Positions 57,987 through 64,000 of a stretch of 64,000 nt of DNA are shown piece after piece. This DNA comes from Eledone cirrhosa (taxonomy: Eukaryota), in assembly GCA_964016885.1 (NCBI GenBank), contig OZ024746.1:53754001-53818000 (forward strand), given 5' to 3'. The position numbers and the translations under genes are program-made. Numbering within the stretch: position 1 is the first letter of the stretch; each line of letters begins with the position of its first letter. The notes beneath the pieces are model-generated. The model was not told the DNA's origin and ran no database searches. It saw only the letters and a program-made list of their open reading frames with translations.

Positions 57987-58235
57987 TTCATTGTCATGTC
58001 AAAGTTCTGGCACAAATTTTATGATTTCTTAAATGAACTTTTCTGCGACTTTTCACAGATTGGTGAAGGAAGGAGGAAATTTTTCTTAATCCGGAGACCA
58101 GAATGCTTGCGATGAGATGGACTACGGACCAAAATATTGATCAGTTTGTTGTAAATTGGCAGTAGACGGTTTAATTCTAGCACCCCACCCACTTGACTCA
58201 TATATATATGTATAGTTATTTGAAAATGACTTAGT

Positions 58236-58380
58236 GAAGGCATGTGGCTGATTGGTTAGAGGACTGGATTCGCAATCGTGAGGTTGTCAGTTCAATTCCT
58301 GGACCGGACGATGCATTATGTCCTTGAGCAAGAAACTTTGATTTTCACGTTGCTCCTTGTACCTGGAGTTGCGACCGATG
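58236..58380 (+). mobile_element. tRNA-derived SINE head (family of 59075)
   Basis: A/B-box-like motifs and gtccttgagcaag. Other decayed copies lie at ~43730 and ~44180. Confidence 0.7.
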
Positions 58381-58429
58381 GATAGTATTAGCAATTGGAA
58401 AGACAAACGGAAACATTATTTCCTCGGTC

Positions 58430-59050
58430 CGATTTGACGAAAGTCGATCGACAATTTTCTTTTTTTTTTCGGTATTACGAAAGAATAAGCCCTCGGTATA
58501 TCAATATTAGAGGAAATTTAAATATTCGAATACATTAGAAGTTCAAGGATTTTCATCTGTTTGATTTAAAGTGTTCATGTTTATCTAAAATCCTTCTTCC
58601 ATCGTGATTTTCTGTAAGACTATTGTATTCTTTTTAGTCATATCTTTATTAATTTGTTTAATTGTTCCTGCAATGCTCGCGGAACAGTTTATCATGAGTA
58701 TCCCAGTTTATTTATATAGTTAATCCCTTTTAACTTACAAATGAGCAGCGACAGAGACGTTAAGTTGTTCCTATAAAGATTATCGAATACTCTGCTTGTT
58801 GCTCCAGTAGTGATTTTGTCTACGGAAGAGTTGTGGAATTTATGGTCGCTTGGGAAATGTTTGGTGATTAGTTTTTTAAAAGTATTGGCTGTAGGGCGGT
58901 TTGAACCAAGTACTGCTTGTTTTTCTAATTTGGTTTTGTGTTTGGTTGGTTTGTGTAGCTTTGGGCATGAATTTGAAATTTTAGTTAAACCGACTCAGAT
59001 TTAGGTCGCCATTATAAAAAGGCACCGCTTGGTAAAATATTACGGCAATT
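58430..59050 (-). pseudogene. Old, heavily decayed family C-like Penelope ORF fragment
   Basis: Minus-strand pieces WFKPPYS, FKKLITKHFPSDHKFHN and RAYS resemble WYNPPYN, FPSLITKHFPPTHKYSN and RARSY of the 49-kb ORF. Confidence 0.6.
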
Positions 59051-59075
59051 CATCCCGTCTATACTTAATTTAGTG

Positions 59076-59342
59076 GAGGCACGTGGCCCAGTGGTATTCG
59101 ACTTACGATCATAATGTCGTGGGTTCGATTCCTGGATTAGCGTGTTGTATTCTTGAGCAAAACACTTTATTTCACGTTGTTCCAGTATACTCAGCTGAAA
59201 ATGAGTACCAGCAATAGCTGGGGGTTTAACCCTGCGACGGACTGGCGTCCTGTCCAGAGGGGAGTCTTGTACTCTCAGTGGCTTCACGCCATGAAACCGG
59301 GATAAGCACCGACCAAATGAGCCTTCTGGCTTAAGACAGATT
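59076..59342 (+). mobile_element. Near full-length tRNA-derived SINE (MESC/Meta-type core likely)
   Basis: tggcccagtgg A-box, ggttcgattcc B-box, and core cttgagcaaaacactt...actcagctg..aatgagtacc...cctgcgacggactggcgtcctgtccag. Confidence 0.8.
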
Positions 59343-59441
59343 TTAGACCCACTGAAACAATACCCTTGTATCCGTATATAAATGCACACACACACACACA
59401 GACATATGTATGTATACACAAACGCAAAGACAAACACACAA

Positions 59442-59489
<48 letters not shown>

Positions 59490-60271
59490 CGTTAAACTAA
59501 TATATTTCTTCAATTGTACTGTGTCGTTTGCTTTGTTATTTCTGTTTACCTTTTACATACCTAAATATATATATACATACATATATATATATATATAGAG
59601 AGAGAGAGCGAGAGAGAGACACGTATATACAGAAATCTAGGTAATGTAAACTTTATATGCTTACGTTTGTTGAAATTATTGTATACTCTGTATAGTCTGC
59701 TGCACCTGAGATCCACACCCTATCCTCCCACCCGGTCCTACTCCAGTAAGAATGTTAACAGCATCTGTGAAAAACTGAGTGGATATGCAAACTGTTGATA
59801 CAAGAAAAAACGGTGTATAGAATATTAAATGTCAGAACAGAGATAGTGGAATGATGCAAGACTTAAAGATTGGGATGCTTATAAACGTTTTTATTTTATT
59901 ATATATTAGTAAGATTATATTATTATGTATTGTTGTATTTAAAGGGGTTAGTCAGGGTGAAGATAGAGGAATAGATAGGTGTGTGTATGTATATATATGT
60001 ATGTATATATTAGTATTATGTACGTATGTATGTGTGTGTGTGTATATATATATATACACACACATATATATGCATCTCTGTGTGTATATATATTAGTATT
60101 ATGTACGTATCCCGCCGAGGTTGACTTTGCCTTTCATCCTTACAGGGTCGATAAAATAAAGTACCAGTAATGCACTGGGTAATTGCTGGCCTTGTGCCTA
60201 AAGTAGAAACAATTATGTACGTATGTATGTGTGTGTGTGTATATATATATACACACACATATATATGTATA

Positions 60272-60353
<82 letters not shown>

Positions 60354-60897
60354 TATATATATATGTATGTGTCTGTATATATATATATGTATATATGTGT
60401 GTGTACGTGCAAGAGATACACGGGTAAAGAAATGGATAATACACAGGAATACGTATATATGCAATTAGGTATATAGTTATATAAGGTAAATAGTAAACGT
60501 AAAAATAAATTTATGGATGAATATATATATATATATATGGTAAACTTCCCCCATATCTGCGCCTGTGCAGAAGTGTGGAGGGAAGTTAGGGCTCACAAGG
60601 GAACGGGTGAAAGCTTCAAGAACATCATGTTTGTCCGTTCCCTCGTCGTTACAAATTAGATTGCCTCAGGAACGTAACCGTATTATGTAAGAAGCTGTCT
60701 GTTGAGATCATGGCACTGGTTAGGCGGAATCGCGTGGCCACTGTCCTTATTGAAATATGTATCACAGCCTTATCAATAAAGGACTTTAACATCTGTAAAC
60801 TACTTCGCATTTTCTTCTTCTTCTTCTTCTTCTTCTTCTTCTTCTTCTTCTTCTTCTTCTTCTTCTTCTTCTTCTTCTTCTCTCTATATATATCGAG

Positions 60898-60959
<62 letters not shown>

Positions 60960-61799
60960 AAAAGTTATTTAATTTGTTGGTTATTCAACAAATTTATTTA
61001 TAACTGATTCGAAGCACTCGACAAGTTTTCTGGAGTATAATATCAATAATATTAATAAATGGAAAATATCTTTATAAAACAATATTTATTTTATTATATA
61101 TATTTCAAGGGTACCACAATTTTGGCACGTTCTCATCAGATAAAATATAACAGATGTTTTACAGATTTATTGATATATAAATATATATTTAGTTCTTTCA
61201 TTGATTTGCTATTGTATGGTTGGGTTTTTCCTTCCTACCGCAATTTTCAATTTGTCAAGGTATTTAAACGTAATGTTATTACTCTAAGGATCTACCTTTA
61301 TTGAGTGCTTTGCTACTCATTCCCTATTTTAGGTCGACTTTACTTGGCCACAGAGCTTCGATTTTACTAGGCTTCCACTTGTATATATATATATACAGTA
61401 TATATATTCATATATATATGTATGGGGTGTATGCATATATCTGTGTGTATGTGGGTGTGTGTATGTCTTGCATGCGTTTGCTTTTCGTGAAAGGATACAA
61501 GTGAAGTGCAATTATATTAAGTACTCAATACATCAGAAAGAGAGGGTACTTTATTTTATTCCATTTAGAGTTAAATTTTACATGACTAGTTCTGTTTCAT
61601 TCGTTGGATATATGCGCACAAGCACATACACACACTCCCTCAGACCCCCCCCCCCCATATATATATATACTGTATATTATATATATACATTTACATACAT
61701 ATATATTTTTCATGAGTTGTTTCATTCTTGGACTATATGCACACAAACACATACAGACCCTCTCTCAGACACGCACACATATATATATATGTGCTTACC

Positions 61800-61831
<32 letters not shown>

Positions 61832-61858
61832 AATATATATATAAATATATATATATAA

Positions 61859-61901
<43 letters not shown>

Positions 61902-62149
61902 AAAATAATTAAGTCAAATATTTAAAATTTGGCTTCGTTTATTAAAGATGTACTGCTATATATATTTCGGTGACAGCCATCATTGGCTGTGACCTTCAGG
62001 CAGTCCGAATTGGTGTGGTAGAGACAGGTACACATGTTGTTGAAGTGTTTTACTCCGTCAATACTCCGACATGTCCAGCATTTGGTTGGGTTGTTATTTA
62101 TCCGAGGAACTGGAATCACTGGGGTTTCTGTAAACAACCAACATATACT

Positions 62150-62179
<30 letters not shown>

Positions 62180-62183
<4 letters not shown>

Positions 62184-62700
62184 TAATAAAAATAATGAAT
62201 AAAAACAAAGAAACAGTTCCTTATATTAAAAAATTCATCATTTTACGATCGTTTCTAGGATATATATGTTTGAGTTGGTATGTATATCATATAGATCTAT
62301 GTAAAATTTTTACAAACTATCAGAGGGAATATACATACCTACACATATATATGCTGTCTTCAGAAATAATCATTATTTCTGAAGACAGCATATATATGTG
62401 TAGGTATGTATATTCCCTCTGATAGTTTGTAAAAATTTTACATAGATCTATATGATATACATACCAACACAAACATATATATCCTAGAAACGATCGTAAA
62501 ATGATGAATTTTTTAATATAAGGAACTGTTTCTTTGTTTTTATTCATTATTTTTATTAATTTATCTTGACTCTGTTTTCCTGTATTTTTCATCGGAAAAA
62601 AAAAAAAAAACAACATTTTTGAATACATCTTCTCTTTTCATGATATTCGGATTACATTGAGTTCTTCATACGGATTGGACACTACCGTACATTTTGGTAG
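62180..62700. mobile_element. Near-perfect ~190-bp-arm palindrome with opposed long-stem-II hammerheads (62236-62369 on -, 62371-62506 on +)
   Basis: cattattt-CTGAAGA-cag..(~100 nt)..cta-GAAA-cgatcg-TA-aaatgatg. The tail motif ggattacattgagttct is shared with ~27370 and ~47283. Confidence 0.85.
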
Positions 62701-62712
62701 ATTTATCTATCT

Positions 62713-62743
<31 letters not shown>

Positions 62744-62829
62744 TACATATACAAACACTTCTGTCAACTACGTCTTGTGTATTGGGCAAGGTATTCTTGA
62801 CCCACTTTCTGTTGTATAATAATGTCAAT

Positions 62830-63990
62830 AATGTAGTAGTAGTAGTAGTAGTAGTAGTAGTAATAGTAGTGTTGGTTGTAGTATTAGTAGTAGTAGTAGC
62901 GTTGGGAGTAGTAGCAGTAGTAGTGGTTTTGGTAGTAGTAGTGGTGTTGGAAGTGGTAGTAGTAGTAGTAGTGGTGTTAGCAGTGGTAGTAGTAGTAGTA
63001 GTGGTAGTAGTTGAAGTAGTATTAGTGTGGGGGTGTTGGTAGTAGTAGTAGTAGTGTGGGGGGGGGGGGGGGGGTTGATAGGTATGGTGGTTAAAGGATG
63101 GTAGTAGTAATGGAAATGACTGTCATCAGTTCGACATTTCATAGGTAGTTCACCTACCACCATCTACCTATACTATCATCACCACTACAATAAACCAGCT
63201 CCACAATACCACTACCTACACCACCACCACCACCAACACCTCCATCGGCACCACATTACAGTTACCACGAGCACAATCACCAACACTACCATCACTACCA
63301 CCGCCATCACCATCTGCACCATCACCATCTCCACCACCATCACCACAAGTACTAGCAACACTACCACCACCACCTCCATCGCCACCACATTACAGTTACC
63401 ACGATCACAACCACCAACACTACCACCACTACCACCACCACTACCACTACCAACAGCAACACCACCACCTTCACCACCACTACTACCACCACCACAACCA
63501 CCACCAAATCACAGTTACCACGACCACCACCACCACATCACAGTTACCAGGACCCCCACTACGACCTCGACCCCCACCACTACCATTACCACCCCATCAC
63601 TACCATTACCACCAGCACCACCACCACCATCACCAACACTACCTCCTCCATCACTACCACATCACAGTTACCATACTCACCACCACGACTAATGCCACCA
63701 CCATTATCACAATCACAAGCAGGATCACCACCATCGTCAGCATCACCGCCACCACCACCACTAACACCACCATCATCACCACTACCACCACCACCATCAC
63801 CACTACCGCCACTACCACCACCACCACCACTACAACGCCCACTGCCATCAGGATTACCAGCACCTCAACCACCACTACGACCCCCCCATCACCACCACCA
63901 CCACGGCCCCCACACTACCACCACCATCACCACCATCAACACCACCACCACCACCACCACTATCACCCCCCACACCTATTACTACTACTT
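62830..63990. repeat. Degenerate (GTA/GTG)n followed by (CAC/CTA)n trinucleotide low-complexity region
   Basis: Read directly. The poly-V and poly-T ORFs are artefacts. Confidence 0.92.
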
Positions 63991-64000
63991 ACCCAGATAC

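Noticed and set aside
63160-63990. Thr-rich mucin-like exon
   Set aside because: It is a degenerate (CAC/CTA)n repeat with frame slips, adjacent to its own complement-type repeat, with no splice or ORF support.

Overview
This is AT-rich eukaryotic, almost certainly animal, non-genic DNA. The very dense (TA)n/(CA)n/(GA)n/trinucleotide microsatellites and the SINE/RTE repertoire look cephalopod (Octopus-like), which is an inference. Nearly all ORFs in the track are microsatellite artefacts and no host gene can be firmly called. Real coding remnants are three 5'-truncated Penelope-like retroelements (RT + C-terminal GIY-YIG) with inverted pseudo-LTRs, RTE-clade LINE ends, two Tc1/mariner-superfamily transposase relics and a Helitron helicase tail. 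SINEs and MITEs are also present. The main signal not shown by the ORF track is that the non-coding islands between (TA)n tracts repeatedly carry type I hammerhead ribozyme folds (stem I-CUGANGA-stem II-GAAA-short or palindromic stem III-NUH-stem I). By eye there are about 30 candidates from a dozen or more sequence families. They occur in Penelope pLTRs, in fold-back palindromic mini-elements, and in non-coding 435-466 bp tandem or permuted monomers resembling non-LTR retrozymes (circular-RNA-derived), including an apparently identical-copy 457-bp array at 53.6-55.2 kb. All folds were derived by eye and none is experimentally validated.
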